Source: Methanocellales archaeon
Lineage (GTDB): Archaea; Halobacteriota; JAWCLZ01
DNA length: 64,000 bases
NCBI GenBank assembly: GCA_038850285.1
Contig: JAWCMA010000001.1
Location: 27,880-91,879, forward strand
Direction: 5' to 3'
How positions within the stretch are numbered: position 1 is the first letter of the stretch; each line of letters opens with the position of its first letter. The notes under the pieces are model-generated. The model saw only the letters and a program-made list of their open reading frames with translations, did not search any database and was not told where the DNA came from. The position numbers were made by a program, and so were the translations under genes. Below, in pieces: positions 27,141 through 36,975 of this stretch.

Positions 27141-27848
27141 TTATTTTTTATGTTCAAGCATCCATTCTATGCTGCGGAGAATTCCATGTAGAGTAAATAT
27201 CTCCTGCTCAGTTAATTCTGCTCTCCCGCAGATCCTGCGGAGCATGAGCATTGTTTTCCTCCGCTTGTGCTTTGGATACTCTACTTTTTCAAGTAGCTGT
27301 TCTATGTGTGAATAAAACTGCTCAAGTGACCTATGAGATGCAAGCTCGATCTCTCCTCCTTCTACCTTGCTCAACTCATAAAGTATAACTCCAGCTGCTT
27401 GTGCTAAGTTCATAACTGGATACACAGGATTAGCTGGGATATTTACCACGATATCGCATTTCTCAATTACTTCATTAATCAACCCAGTGTCTTCCCTTCC
27501 GAAGAGCAGTGCAATCTTGCCTTTTTTCCCCTCAAGTTTTTTTCTCAATTGCTCTGGCGTTAGAACTGGTCTTCTTTTAAATTCGCATTTTCCGGATTTC
27601 ACTGCAGTTGTGGCTATGATCAATGAGACATCCATAATTGCTTCATCAAGGGTATCAACTTTCCTAGCTTTTTCTAATACATCGAAAGCATGAGAAGCCA
27701 TAGCGCGAGCGAAGTCGCCAAGCTGAGGAGGCTTGACTAAAACCAACTCTTCGAATCCAAAGTTCTTCATAACCCTAGCAATAGAGCCTATGTTTCCCTC
27801 GTATTTAGGTTCAACTAAAATAACCCTGAGATTTAACTTGCTCATCAC
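27141..27848 (-). CDS. SpoU/TrmH-family RNA 2'-O-methyltransferase (TrmJ-like)
   Basis: RVILVEPKYEGNIGSIARVMKNFG matches the SPOUT N-terminal motif. Confidence 0.65.
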   Translation of the reverse strand: MMSKLNLRVILVEPKYEGNIGSIARVMKNFGFEELVLVKPPQLGDFARAMASHAFDVLEKARKVDTLDEAIMDVSLIIATTAVKSGKCEFKRRPVLTPEQLRKKLEGKKGKIALLFGREDTGLINEVIEKCDIVVNIPANPVYPVMNLAQAAGVILYELSKVEGGEIELASHRSLEQFYSHIEQLLEKVEYPKHKRRKTMLMLRRICGRAELTEQEIFTLHGILRSIEWMLEHKK

Positions 27849-28273
27849 TCACCTTTAATTTTCTCAATAACCTTTACCTCTGAGATGCGAGTAGTAGGAT
27901 AATTCCCAGTTTTATCTTTCTCAGCTGATTTCACCATATCCCATATAGCTAAGAGAGCAGTAGTAGCTCCAGTGAGTGCCTCCATTTCAACCCCAGTTTT
28001 TCCCAGCGATTTAACCTCAACTTTTACCTCAATACTGCGCTTTGCAATCTTAAAACTCACATCCACGCTGGTGATTTGAAGAGGGTGGCAGAGTGGTATT
28101 AACTCTGGAGTGCGTTTCACAGCCATAATGGCTGCTACTCTAGCAATTGCAAGTACATTTCCCTTCTCAACCTTTCCCTCCTCTATGGCTTTAACTGTAC
28201 TTGGCTTGAGGTAGATCCTCCCGCTGGCAATTGCTTTTCTCTCAACATCGCTTTTCCTGCTTATATCCACCAT
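27845..28273 (-). CDS. moaC: Cyclic pyranopterin monophosphate synthase MoaC
   Basis: GKTGVEMEALTGATTALLAIWDM. The start was chosen at MVDISRKS; the ORF track extends to 28348 and would overlap nnr. Confidence 0.8.
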   Translation of the reverse strand: MVDISRKSDVERKAIASGRIYLKPSTVKAIEEGKVEKGNVLAIARVAAIMAVKRTPELIPLCHPLQITSVDVSFKIAKRSIEVKVEVKSLGKTGVEMEALTGATTALLAIWDMVKSAEKDKTGNYPTTRISEVKVIEKIKGE

Positions 28274-28316
28274 CTTAACTCTGTCCTCCTTAATATGGCT
28301 GAATTTAATCCTCAAG

Positions 28317-29765
28317 TCAAACCCTCTTGGCAAGTGGGATATTTTCAATTACATCTGTTGCGAGAATTCCATAGTTCTTCTGCTCATAAGCAATATCCCC
28401 TGCTCTACCGCAGATGAAAGCACCAACTGAAGCTGCTTCAACTGGCCTGAACTTATGGAAGAGAGCCCCCACTATCCCAGCTAATACATCCCCAGTGCCC
28501 CCAACAGTCATAGCTGCATTTCCAGTGCGATTTACCTTTACAGTTTCTCCATCGGAAATGATATCCATTCTGCCCTTGAGTAGTATCGTTAAGTTATTTT
28601 TACGCGAGAACTGCTGCACTATACCCATTCTCTCTCTCCAGTTTATAGGTAGCTCTATGCCGCTAATCACCTTAAACTCGCCAGAATGGGGAGTGATGAT
28701 TGCACTGGTATTCTTGGGAATTGGTAGGTCAAGTGCGTGGAGGGCATCTGCATCTATTACCACTTTTCTGCATAGAGGAATTATGGCTCTCACAGCTCGC
28801 TTTGTATTCTCGCCTCTTCCAAGTCCCATTCCAATTATAGTTACATCGTGTCTTTCAATTAAGCTGGAGATTGCCTGTACATCTGCTTCAATCAAATAAT
28901 CTGAGGAGAGGGGAGATACAATTAAATTTGGCGAGAAAGAAGCTATGGTATAGGCAACGCTCTTGGGAGCTGCAATTGTTACAACATCCGCGCCTGTTCG
29001 GAGTGCAGCAAGAGCAGTGAGCGCTGGAGCACCAGTGTGCGTCCCCCCTCCTATCACTAGCACTCTGCCATTGTCACCTTTATGGCTTTCTGGATCGCGT
29101 TCAAATCTCAGGTCTCCAGGGCCTACGAATAATTCTGCTTCTAATGGAATTCCTATGTCAGCAACTTCTATTTTCTCTTCCTTTATATTTAGCAAGCCCT
29201 TCTTGAGTTTATGGAAGGTAACTATTAAATCAGCGTCCACGCATTTCTCAGCTTCCCCTGAATCAGGATCTAATCCGCTTGGGATGTCGATCGCTATTAC
29301 AAATCCCTTGCTTTGATTGATCAGATCTATTGCAGTTGAAGCTGGCTCGCGAATTGCACCGCGTATTCCAGTTCCAAATATTCCATCTATAACCACATCT
29401 GCGTTTTTAATCAAAGCTCCAATTTTCTCAAGTTCTCGAGAATCCTCTACTTCAATTATTTCAACCCCGCAGAATTCAAGTACCTCGAAATTTTTCTTTG
29501 CCTCTGGAGTTCTTATTTCATTTCTTCTACCAAGTAGGATTACTTTTACATCATATCCCTTTAAATGCCTAGCTGCAACAAAGCCATCCCCGCCGTTATT
29601 CCCTAGACCTGCGATGATCACAACTCTACCTTGCTTATATCTCCTTCTAACTGCATTTGCCACGCTTGCCCCAGCGTTCTCCATGAGTTGAAGTCTGCTG
29701 ACACCGAGATATTCACAGTTCCTGTCAAGCGCGGCCATTTGCTTTGAGGTAATATAAGCCCTCAT
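28317..29765 (-). CDS. nnr: Bifunctional NAD(P)H-hydrate repair enzyme (YjeF N-terminal epimerase plus C-terminal dehydratase)
   Basis: GLGNNGGDGFVAARHL in the N-domain and GGGTHTGAPALTALAALRTGADVV in the C-domain. Confidence 0.85.
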   Translation of the reverse strand: MRAYITSKQMAALDRNCEYLGVSRLQLMENAGASVANAVRRRYKQGRVVIIAGLGNNGGDGFVAARHLKGYDVKVILLGRRNEIRTPEAKKNFEVLEFCGVEIIEVEDSRELEKIGALIKNADVVIDGIFGTGIRGAIREPASTAIDLINQSKGFVIAIDIPSGLDPDSGEAEKCVDADLIVTFHKLKKGLLNIKEEKIEVADIGIPLEAELFVGPGDLRFERDPESHKGDNGRVLVIGGGTHTGAPALTALAALRTGADVVTIAAPKSVAYTIASFSPNLIVSPLSSDYLIEADVQAISSLIERHDVTIIGMGLGRGENTKRAVRAIIPLCRKVVIDADALHALDLPIPKNTSAIITPHSGEFKVISGIELPINWRERMGIVQQFSRKNNLTILLKGRMDIISDGETVKVNRTGNAAMTVGGTGDVLAGIVGALFHKFRPVEAASVGAFICGRAGDIAYEQKNYGILATDVIENIPLAKRV

Positions 29766-29792
29766 GATTTATATATTATTTTATTTATTTTA

Positions 29793-30074
29793 TCAAGTGA
29801 ATATAGGCAGCACTTTATTCTGAAGATAATCGAGATAAATTTTCTCGTGCTGAATTTCATTCTCAAGCGATTTTATTTCCTCGGGATATTGATTCAATTT
29901 ATGGCTGTACTCAGGGGGTATGTTTAACTTCAATTGCTTTAATATCTCAATTGCAATTTTTAATTTCTCCTCCTCTGTCTTCAATTCCTGTATTCTCTTT
30001 GTATAGATGTCTATCTTCGATTGATGTTCACTCTCAAGTTTTTTAAGTTGAAGCACAAATGATTTTTCATCCAT
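29793..30074 (-). CDS. Small coiled-coil protein, paralog 2
   Basis: 93 aa with LKKLESEHQSKIDIYTKRIQEL...IEILKQLKLNIPPEYSHKLNQYPEEIKSLENEIQHEKIYLDYLQNKVLPI. Confidence 0.6.
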   Translation of the reverse strand: MDEKSFVLQLKKLESEHQSKIDIYTKRIQELKTEEEKLKIAIEILKQLKLNIPPEYSHKLNQYPEEIKSLENEIQHEKIYLDYLQNKVLPIFT

Positions 30075-30157
30075 ATTTAAGCCATAGGAATATATAGGCT
30101 AATAAAAGTTTCTTAACACCAAAATCTCTTTATAGGAAATGGAAAGTTGAAAAATAG

Positions 30158-31321
30158 ATGTCAAGTGCATATGTTGCTATTCTCCTCCTTGGAATCGTTA
30201 GCTTGATGGGAGATGTTGTTTACGAAGGCTCTCGCGGGCTAGTACCTGATTACTTCAATTTCCTAGGTGCAACTGCATTCATAATTGGATTGTCTGGGGG
30301 AATTGGAGATTTCTTAGGCTATGCTTTAAGACTGGTAAGTGGGTTTTTAGCAGATACCACGCGGGCTTACTGGTTCTTCATATTTCTAGGCTATGGATTG
30401 ATCATCGCGATCCCGCTTTTGGGATTTATATATAGTCTAGAGCTGGCTATAATTCTAGTTATTCTTGAGAGAATTGGAAAAGCCCTGCGCTCTCCATCCC
30501 GAGACACAGTGCTATCCATTTTGAGTAGAGATCTTGGAGCTGGAAAGGCCTTTGGAATTCATGAATTTTTAGATCAAATAGGCGCAGTTGCAGGCCCACT
30601 TATAGTTGCCTTTGTAATGTTTCATAGCTCCAATAACTACCAACAGACTTTTAGCTTGCTAATGCTGCCTTTCTTAGTCCTCATAATAGTGCTTTTTTAC
30701 ACCTATAGCAAGATAGGTTCTAAGATAGCTGAACCCACGAGTATTAGTAGTAGCAGAGTGCTCCAGAAGCCTTTTTATATTTATACATTCGCTGTCATGT
30801 TAAATACAGTTGGACTCATTCCAGCTGCATTGATTTTATATAGAGCATCTGTCATTCTTCAACCTGAGCATAAGCAGTGGATGGTTCCTTTGATTTACCT
30901 ACTCATACAGGGAATAGATGCAATCGCTGCTTTAATCGCTGGATATGCCTTTGATAAATTCGGAATTAAAATTCTAGCGCTGTCCTTCGCACTTTCAATC
31001 TTTCCACCTATATTTACACTCAGCTCTCAAGGCTTCGAAGCACTGATAATTGCCTCGATTTTCTTCGGAAGTATTCTTGGAATGCAGGAGTCTATCTATC
31101 GCGCTGCGGTATCGAAGCTAGCACCACTTGCCTCCAGAGGCACAGCCTATGGGGTATTCAACGCTGCCTATGGAATTTCTATTCTAATGAGCGGCGCGAT
31201 TTATGGCTTGATGATGGATTACAAAGCCACGCTTGCCTCCTTACTCTTATTCATATTTACAATGCAAACAGCTGCAATAGCTTCTTTAATGCTTGTTGAT
31301 GAAAAAAGAGCTATGGAATAG
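30158..31321 (+). CDS. MFS transporter
   Basis: About 12 predicted TM segments and an MFS-like loop motif (RDLGAGKA). Confidence 0.7.
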   Translation: MSSAYVAILLLGIVSLMGDVVYEGSRGLVPDYFNFLGATAFIIGLSGGIGDFLGYALRLVSGFLADTTRAYWFFIFLGYGLIIAIPLLGFIYSLELAIILVILERIGKALRSPSRDTVLSILSRDLGAGKAFGIHEFLDQIGAVAGPLIVAFVMFHSSNNYQQTFSLLMLPFLVLIIVLFYTYSKIGSKIAEPTSISSSRVLQKPFYIYTFAVMLNTVGLIPAALILYRASVILQPEHKQWMVPLIYLLIQGIDAIAALIAGYAFDKFGIKILALSFALSIFPPIFTLSSQGFEALIIASIFFGSILGMQESIYRAAVSKLAPLASRGTAYGVFNAAYGISILMSGAIYGLMMDYKATLASLLLFIFTMQTAAIASLMLVDEKRAME

Positions 31322-33134
31322 TTAATAGAAGAGCTAAGAGGGACAGTGAAATGGCTGCGATTATCACTGAGGCAGCAAAAGCCCCTCCTATTGCTATTAT
31401 TGTATTGGCTGCAGTGGCAAGTTGAGCAGTTTTATGAGCGCCGAATACATATACATCAACCATCTCGCTCCTGAGCCCTGCTTCAACTTCCTCTAGGTCT
31501 TCAAGTGCTTCAATTGCGAGTTGCTTAACTGCGTTTATCAGCCTATCGTGATCCATATATGCACCGATGAAAATTGCACCTGATTTTATATTAACAGTAT
31601 GGGTATCAGTGGTCATAACTTCAGCTTCATCTATACCAAGTGCTTTTACCTCTTCCACGATTTTATCCCTTAAGCCTTTTACCATGTTATTGCCATCAAT
31701 TAAGATATACGCAGTTCTCTGGCCAAGTACTTCCACTATCGCGAGTAAGATACCTAGCTCTCCCATGCCTTCTTCTCTGGTGAAAATAGGAGGCTGCTTT
31801 GCTATTCCAATTCTAATTTTGCCAAGTTCTTCCCTAGAGAGAACTTCCCAAGCTCGAGTGACTGCTTTAATTAAATCATAAGAGGCTTTACTTCCAGGTA
31901 GTATGATCCTTGCATATGGCTCTGTGCAGTTATGTGCATCTATAATTGCAGCATCCTTCGCTCCAGCCATTTTCACACTTGCTAGTGCTGCAAGTCCAAC
32001 TCCAAATTCGATATCTTCAGTGGACTTGGGAGATAGGGTGGAGATAAATAGAGCTGAATCGCTGAATCTCTGAGCTAGAATCTTCACATCCCCCTCAGCA
32101 ATGCGAATAGATCTAGTGGCAAGGTTTGAGTATTCCATTTTAGATAGAGCTTTTTTCACCACCTCTATGATCTTAACTACCTCGCTCTTTGAAACCAAGT
32201 TGAAATCGTGATAGGCTGTGCCGTGGGGCACGAATACTGCGAAGTCAAAGCTCTTTGAGATCAACTGAGGAAGTGCTCCTCCACCTATATCCTTCATAGG
32301 CCCTGGGTGTACCATTGGTATAACGAATATAGCTTTAATTCTCCCCTCACTGCATCTGAAGCTCAATATACTCACAGGTATATTCGCTTCTTCTCCAAGT
32401 TTTTGAAAGATCCTCTCGAGCTCTTCACTCCCTTCATTGGTTTTTGAAATAAAGCATCTTATGAAGTCAAGCCCGCTTATTCCAAATAACTTCCGAAAAG
32501 GCCTATCCATGAACTTTGCATATAAAAAAGCCGCTAGGGCGAAAATTATGCAGTATAGAAGGAGGAGTAGAAGTGACTCAGCGCTGGGATAATAAAGCCA
32601 GAGCAGAGGTATGGAAATCAAGGTTTGAAATGAGGCTGGGAATATCACTCTAGCTATCTCTTTGCTTGATATCGTGATTAAAATTAACATGCGAAATGCA
32701 AATATTATTCCTATCCCCATTATAAAAATAATTAAAACTTCTCCTCTATGTAGAGTTTTAGCCGCAATTGCACCGATTCCTAGTATTAATCCTAGGATCA
32801 CTCCACTTGCGAGTGATAGGAATGCAGAGCGATTCAAGGTAAAGCTTTTATCGAATCTTAGAGCTAGTGGTGTCAAAAAAGTTGAAAGAACCGCGGGTAG
32901 AGCTATGAGCAAGAGTCCAGCTGCTAAATCTTTGGTTAAACTGCCAAAGTTAAAAACCCCTGCGCCTGTAATTGCCGCAAGGAAAATTAAAAAAGCAATG
33001 CTATGCTTCCAATTGGGCGCGGTGAATGCATATTTTGCGAGTGCTGCAGCTCTTTCATCGATTTCTCTTTTCACAGCCATTATTAAACTAACTCCGCTGT
33101 TTTTATTTCTAGAGTACCTCGATTGCCATACCAC
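31311..33134 (-). CDS. Large membrane protein: N-terminal polytopic domain plus a cytoplasmic domain, possibly DUF2070-like
   Basis: 607 aa. Hydrophobic segments at both the N- and C-terminus flank a soluble middle region; no enzymatic motif was recognised. Confidence 0.4.
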   Translation of the reverse strand: MVWQSRYSRNKNSGVSLIMAVKREIDERAAALAKYAFTAPNWKHSIAFLIFLAAITGAGVFNFGSLTKDLAAGLLLIALPAVLSTFLTPLALRFDKSFTLNRSAFLSLASGVILGLILGIGAIAAKTLHRGEVLIIFIMGIGIIFAFRMLILITISSKEIARVIFPASFQTLISIPLLWLYYPSAESLLLLLLYCIIFALAAFLYAKFMDRPFRKLFGISGLDFIRCFISKTNEGSEELERIFQKLGEEANIPVSILSFRCSEGRIKAIFVIPMVHPGPMKDIGGGALPQLISKSFDFAVFVPHGTAYHDFNLVSKSEVVKIIEVVKKALSKMEYSNLATRSIRIAEGDVKILAQRFSDSALFISTLSPKSTEDIEFGVGLAALASVKMAGAKDAAIIDAHNCTEPYARIILPGSKASYDLIKAVTRAWEVLSREELGKIRIGIAKQPPIFTREEGMGELGILLAIVEVLGQRTAYILIDGNNMVKGLRDKIVEEVKALGIDEAEVMTTDTHTVNIKSGAIFIGAYMDHDRLINAVKQLAIEALEDLEEVEAGLRSEMVDVYVFGAHKTAQLATAANTIIAIGGAFAASVIIAAISLSLLALLLTIP

Positions 33135-33751
33135 TTTGACTTGGCCTCTTTGATATTTATGCGTTTCTTGAAAAATGGAGCATTGGTAACAAATGTTTCA
33201 TACTCTCCCCCCTCGCCAGCTATGTTAATGCGGTATTTACTTCGCAGTTTAAGTAAATCAGCTAAAGCTGCTTCATCTAGCTTTCTCCCGAGCCAGCTTT
33301 CATTTAACCCCTCGGCTGCAACGTGTATTATTACTATCTCCATTGTTTTCACCATATCTCGCAGCAGCAGCTCTTGATCTTTTTTCCAGAGTGGGGAGAG
33401 CATTTCAATTCCAAGTTCACTGCAAATATGTTTTATCCTAGAGGCTTGGTATTCTGAGGCAATTGCACCTGTGATTATTCCATCGATATTTGCACGGGAA
33501 ATAGCTATTTTTAAGTCCTCTAGTTCCTCTTCCTCAATCCCGCTGGATTCTTGCATTATAAGTGGAATTCCACAGGCTTTTGAGTATAGTTCAAGGAGAT
33601 GCAAATTATGAGAGTGATACATATAGGAATCTTCTCGCTTGGGGCGAATTGTTATTAACTTTGCGATGTTAACTCCATTTTGAAGCGCTAGATATATTGC
33701 GTAGGATGAGTCTTTTCCTCCTGAGGTTAACGCTCCATATTTTGCGGCCAT
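33083..33751 (-). CDS. dph6: Diphthine-ammonia ligase (Dph6, PP-loop ATPase of the MJ0570 family)
   Basis: PP-loop ALTSGGKDS and EGGEYETFV. The start was chosen at MAAKYGAL. Confidence 0.75.
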   Translation of the reverse strand: MAAKYGALTSGGKDSSYAIYLALQNGVNIAKLITIRPKREDSYMYHSHNLHLLELYSKACGIPLIMQESSGIEEEELEDLKIAISRANIDGIITGAIASEYQASRIKHICSELGIEMLSPLWKKDQELLLRDMVKTMEIVIIHVAAEGLNESWLGRKLDEAALADLLKLRSKYRINIAGEGGEYETFVTNAPFFKKRINIKEAKSKWYGNRGTLEIKTAELV

Positions 33752-33762
33752 AGAGGGATGCC

Positions 33763-34107
33763 TCAATGCTTTATTTCCTCTACCTCTATAACCTTTAAAG
33801 GTATGTCTTTTAATGCTTTGCCAATTTCTTTTTTAGCAATTCGCTTAGCATGCTCTTCATTCTCAGCATTGTATACTTTTATCTCCAATAGCAAGCCTAC
33901 GAGTGCAATGTTGCCTGCGAGGAAAACACTATCAAGGGGTTCCCCGCAAGCTGGACAAGGTGTTGTGCCCACTGCGACTTCAACATAGCTTTTATCAGGA
34001 TTCAAGCGCTTCCCTACTTCTGCCACTGCCACGTTCATTGCATCTTCAACGGTCTTGACATCCTTAACTATCCAACCTGCCTCTAGAACTACGTAGTAAT
34101 CAGGCAT
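33763..34107 (-). CDS. UPF0212/DUF555 family archaeal protein
   Basis: MPDYYVVLEAGWIVKDV...TPCPACGE...VGLLLEIKVYNAENEEHAKRIAK. Confidence 0.7.
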   Translation of the reverse strand: MPDYYVVLEAGWIVKDVKTVEDAMNVAVAEVGKRLNPDKSYVEVAVGTTPCPACGEPLDSVFLAGNIALVGLLLEIKVYNAENEEHAKRIAKKEIGKALKDIPLKVIEVEEIKH

Positions 34108-34109
34108 TT

Positions 34110-35708
34110 TTAATTCCTTCTCCCGAATATCTTGGTGAATAAATCATCAACTGCAGTCTTTTTGGCTTGTTTTTCTTTTTCTCTTTCTTTCTTTCTCTCT
34201 TCCTCTCTGTCCTTCTCTTCTTGCTTTTTTCTCTCAGTTATATCCACCGAAGCTCCTCCATGGTGCGTGCGCCTTATGCGTATTGAAACAAAGATCGGCT
34301 TTTCTATATCGCTGCTTACAATAAGTGCAACCCCTGGGGGAAGTTGCTTTATTTCTTCCTCCACTTCGCTGCTCACTCCTTCTAGGCCTTTCATTATTGC
34401 TTTTACGTCAAGTGGATTTGTCACCTTCAATATGATTTGAGTGTTACATTGTGAAAGTACATTTTTATCTATCCTCGCTGGTCTTTGGGTTACCACAATT
34501 AATCCCAGTCCAAATTTTCTTCCCTCGCTAGCTATTGTGCGCAGGATTTCAGAACTAGGTGTTTTAGTAAATCCTTTCTCGGGACAGTATCTATGGGCTT
34601 CTTCAACTATTATCACCCCAGGGGGTATTTTATTTGATTTTCTCGCTTCAAATAGCTCTCTGCAAAGCCTTGAAACGATTATTTGCTGAAGATCTGGATT
34701 CACTCCTTTCATATCCACTATGCTAGCTCTACCTCTTTGCATGAGTTCTTCTACAGATGTGGGTTTTTCTGAGAAGATACCGCTATTCTGCAGCATATCT
34801 AGGGCGCTTATCACTGACCACTTAGCCTTGCTATGCACGTGGCTGAGTTCTTTAATTATATCCTCTACTGTGTAATGTGCTTTTATAGCTTTGAGGTTTA
34901 AAATTGCTTCATAGAGCACACCCATTACTCTGCTTGGGTCGCGCGAGATCAACTCAGCTAGTTCTTGAGGTTCGAGATTTGAGCTATTTAATCTGAAGAG
35001 CTTGTCTGCAGTTGGATTTACTTTGAAATTAGCAGGGGTATATACAACAACTTGCGATGCATAGCTTTTCGGTTCAACTCCAAAGCGCTTCATTAATTGA
35101 CGTTGCTCTATATTTCTATTCTCAATTTTCAAAGTGGCATACTCGCCATGGGGGTCTATGATTATAATTGGAACATTTTTCTCAAGAAGTTCTTCTATTA
35201 TTACTCCAACCGTATAGGATTTACCTCCCCCAGTTTTAGCTATAATACTACAGTGCTTCTGAACCAGTTTATTTATATCCAGTTTTACTTCCAAGTCATG
35301 TCCTTCCAACAAGCCTATGTAGGCATCTCCTCTTTCAAGTCCGAGACAGCGAGTTATTAATTCATTATCTGCTTTGAAAACCTTTGTACCAGGGCTAAAT
35401 GGGGTTCTTGGAATTCTAAGCAGTTGATTTTCATCTCTATAGCCTATAACTACTACTTTTGCTATTTCCCTCTCCCCTCCACTGAGGATTTTCTTCCCCT
35501 CCACTAGCTCCATTGCTGATTCAACAGAATTCAAATCACTTGCTCGCGTTATTGAAACAACTTGTCCCAATACCCAGCCTTCGCTCTCGTGCCACATTTT
35601 GACATAGTCGTTTCTCCTCACTTGGTCTGGTGCTGAAACTAAAAACTTAAACTCGTGTGGCTTAGTTTCACCAAATACAACGCCTGCTAAGTCCCTCAAT
35701 TGCCTCAC
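34110..35708 (-). CDS. HerA-like (DUF87) FtsK/HerA-superfamily ATPase
   Basis: 532 aa. An N-terminal HAS-barrel-like region is followed by the Walker A IIAKTGGGKSYTVG, a Walker B IIIDPHGEY, and a Lys/Glu-rich tail. Confidence 0.75.
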   Translation of the reverse strand: MRQLRDLAGVVFGETKPHEFKFLVSAPDQVRRNDYVKMWHESEGWVLGQVVSITRASDLNSVESAMELVEGKKILSGGEREIAKVVVIGYRDENQLLRIPRTPFSPGTKVFKADNELITRCLGLERGDAYIGLLEGHDLEVKLDINKLVQKHCSIIAKTGGGKSYTVGVIIEELLEKNVPIIIIDPHGEYATLKIENRNIEQRQLMKRFGVEPKSYASQVVVYTPANFKVNPTADKLFRLNSSNLEPQELAELISRDPSRVMGVLYEAILNLKAIKAHYTVEDIIKELSHVHSKAKWSVISALDMLQNSGIFSEKPTSVEELMQRGRASIVDMKGVNPDLQQIIVSRLCRELFEARKSNKIPPGVIIVEEAHRYCPEKGFTKTPSSEILRTIASEGRKFGLGLIVVTQRPARIDKNVLSQCNTQIILKVTNPLDVKAIMKGLEGVSSEVEEEIKQLPPGVALIVSSDIEKPIFVSIRIRRTHHGGASVDITERKKQEEKDREEERKKEREKEKQAKKTAVDDLFTKIFGRRN

Positions 35709-35745
35709 TACCTCCAGTATACTCTAGCCTTCAAGGTTAAATATT

Positions 35746-36162
35746 CTATCTATGCTCCATCAGTCGCTTGCGATCCAAGATATGGAAGACTTCAAAGCCA
35801 AGTTTGATGAGCTCGCTTGAGATAAACCTTCGATGGCAGCGAAAGAATAGTAATTGTGAGCACATGATAGCTGTTTGCTTATTGCGTGCAATTTCAAGTA
35901 GAATTTGCAATCCTTTTTTAAATTCCTCAGTCTGAGTGTATTTAAGATACCCCCCACTTCTATATCCACCAAGTTCTTTGATATGGATATATTCAATCCC
36001 TGCTCTTTCAATGTTTTCCTTCAAGTTTTCTTTTTTAAAATGCTCGAATTTAGAAGTTGGAAATCGGCGTACATCTATAAGGGCTTTTATTCCATATTCC
36101 TTGAGCAGTGAAATAAACTCCTCTAAAGTGCGATTGCTAGTGCCAATTGTATATACCTTCAT
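35746..36162 (-). CDS. DUF488 family protein
   Basis: MKVYTIGTSNRTLEEFISLLKEYGIKALIDVRRFP...IHIKELGG. Confidence 0.75.
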   Translation of the reverse strand: MKVYTIGTSNRTLEEFISLLKEYGIKALIDVRRFPTSKFEHFKKENLKENIERAGIEYIHIKELGGYRSGGYLKYTQTEEFKKGLQILLEIARNKQTAIMCSQLLFFRCHRRFISSELIKLGFEVFHILDRKRLMEHR

Positions 36163-36212
36163 TAAAACTTAATATAAAATAAGAATTATTTATTTTTTCC
36201 GCAGGTTTGCCT

Positions 36213-36728
36213 TCAATCAATTTCTTCTTCCACTATAAGAGTTTTTTCCCCTCTCTGAAGTGCAACCTTGCCAGTGCGAACCATCTCCTTTATGCCAAAT
36301 TGCTTCAGCAGTTGACTCATTGCATTGATCTTATTCTCATCCCCAGTGACTTCAACGATCAAGCTATTTGGCGCTACATCGATTATCCTAGCCCTGAATA
36401 TATCAACTATTTGCATGATTTCTGATCGAGTTTTTTGATCAGCATTTACTTTAATCAGCGCAAGTTCTCGACCTACTGATTCTTCATCCTCTAGATAGCC
36501 AACTTTTATGACTTCAATTAACTTATTCACCTGCTTCATAACTTGATCAAGCACTCGCTGGTCACCTTCAACCACGATTGTCATCCTTGAAATCTTGGGA
36601 TTCTCAGTTACGCCCACAGCTAAACTATCAATATTGAAACCACGCCGCCTGAACAAGCCAGCTGTTCTCGCAAGCACGCCTGGTTTATTTTCAACAATAA
36701 CTGATAGAGTATGCTTCATCTCCATCAC
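36213..36728 (-). CDS. ilvH: Acetolactate synthase small (regulatory) subunit, ACT domain
   Basis: LSVIVENKPGVLARTAGLFRRRGFNIDSL. There is no ilvB-like gene anywhere in the window. Confidence 0.8.
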   Translation of the reverse strand: MMEMKHTLSVIVENKPGVLARTAGLFRRRGFNIDSLAVGVTENPKISRMTIVVEGDQRVLDQVMKQVNKLIEVIKVGYLEDEESVGRELALIKVNADQKTRSEIMQIVDIFRARIIDVAPNSLIVEVTGDENKINAMSQLLKQFGIKEMVRTGKVALQRGEKTLIVEEEID

Positions 36729-36790
36729 TCATCGCGTATATCGAAGATAGCAGTTGCATAATATCAATCTTTTGGCGCGAAACTAAATTT

Positions 36791-36862
36791 ATGCCCCAGT
36801 CGGGATTTGAACCCGAGTCTTAGGCTCCGCAGGCCCAAAGGATATCCGCTACCCCACTGGGG
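36791..36862 (-). tRNA. tRNA-Arg (GCG)
   Basis: The reverse complement GCCCCAGTGGGGTAGCGGATATCCTTTGGGCCTGCGGAGCCTAAGACTCGGGTTCAAATCCCGACTGGGGC(A) has anticodon loop CTGCGGA. Confidence 0.85.
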
Positions 36863-36975
36863 CTCTTTTTAAATTTGAACTGCATTACCATAAAGCTGTC
36901 TATTGCTTATGCATTAACATTGCAAAACAATATTGGATTTAAAAACCAATATCTTTATCTCATTCAAAACAAATA

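Noticed and set aside
28414-29691. Plus-strand ORFs within nnr (28414..28899, 28963..29316, 29317..29691)
   Set aside because: They are antisense to the bifunctional Nnr gene, which has clear YjeF motifs.
19997-36862. tRNA-linked integrated element (at Gly/Phe, Ser, Arg)
   Set aside because: No integrase, transposase, phage-like genes or duplicated tRNA 3' ends were seen near any of the four tRNAs.
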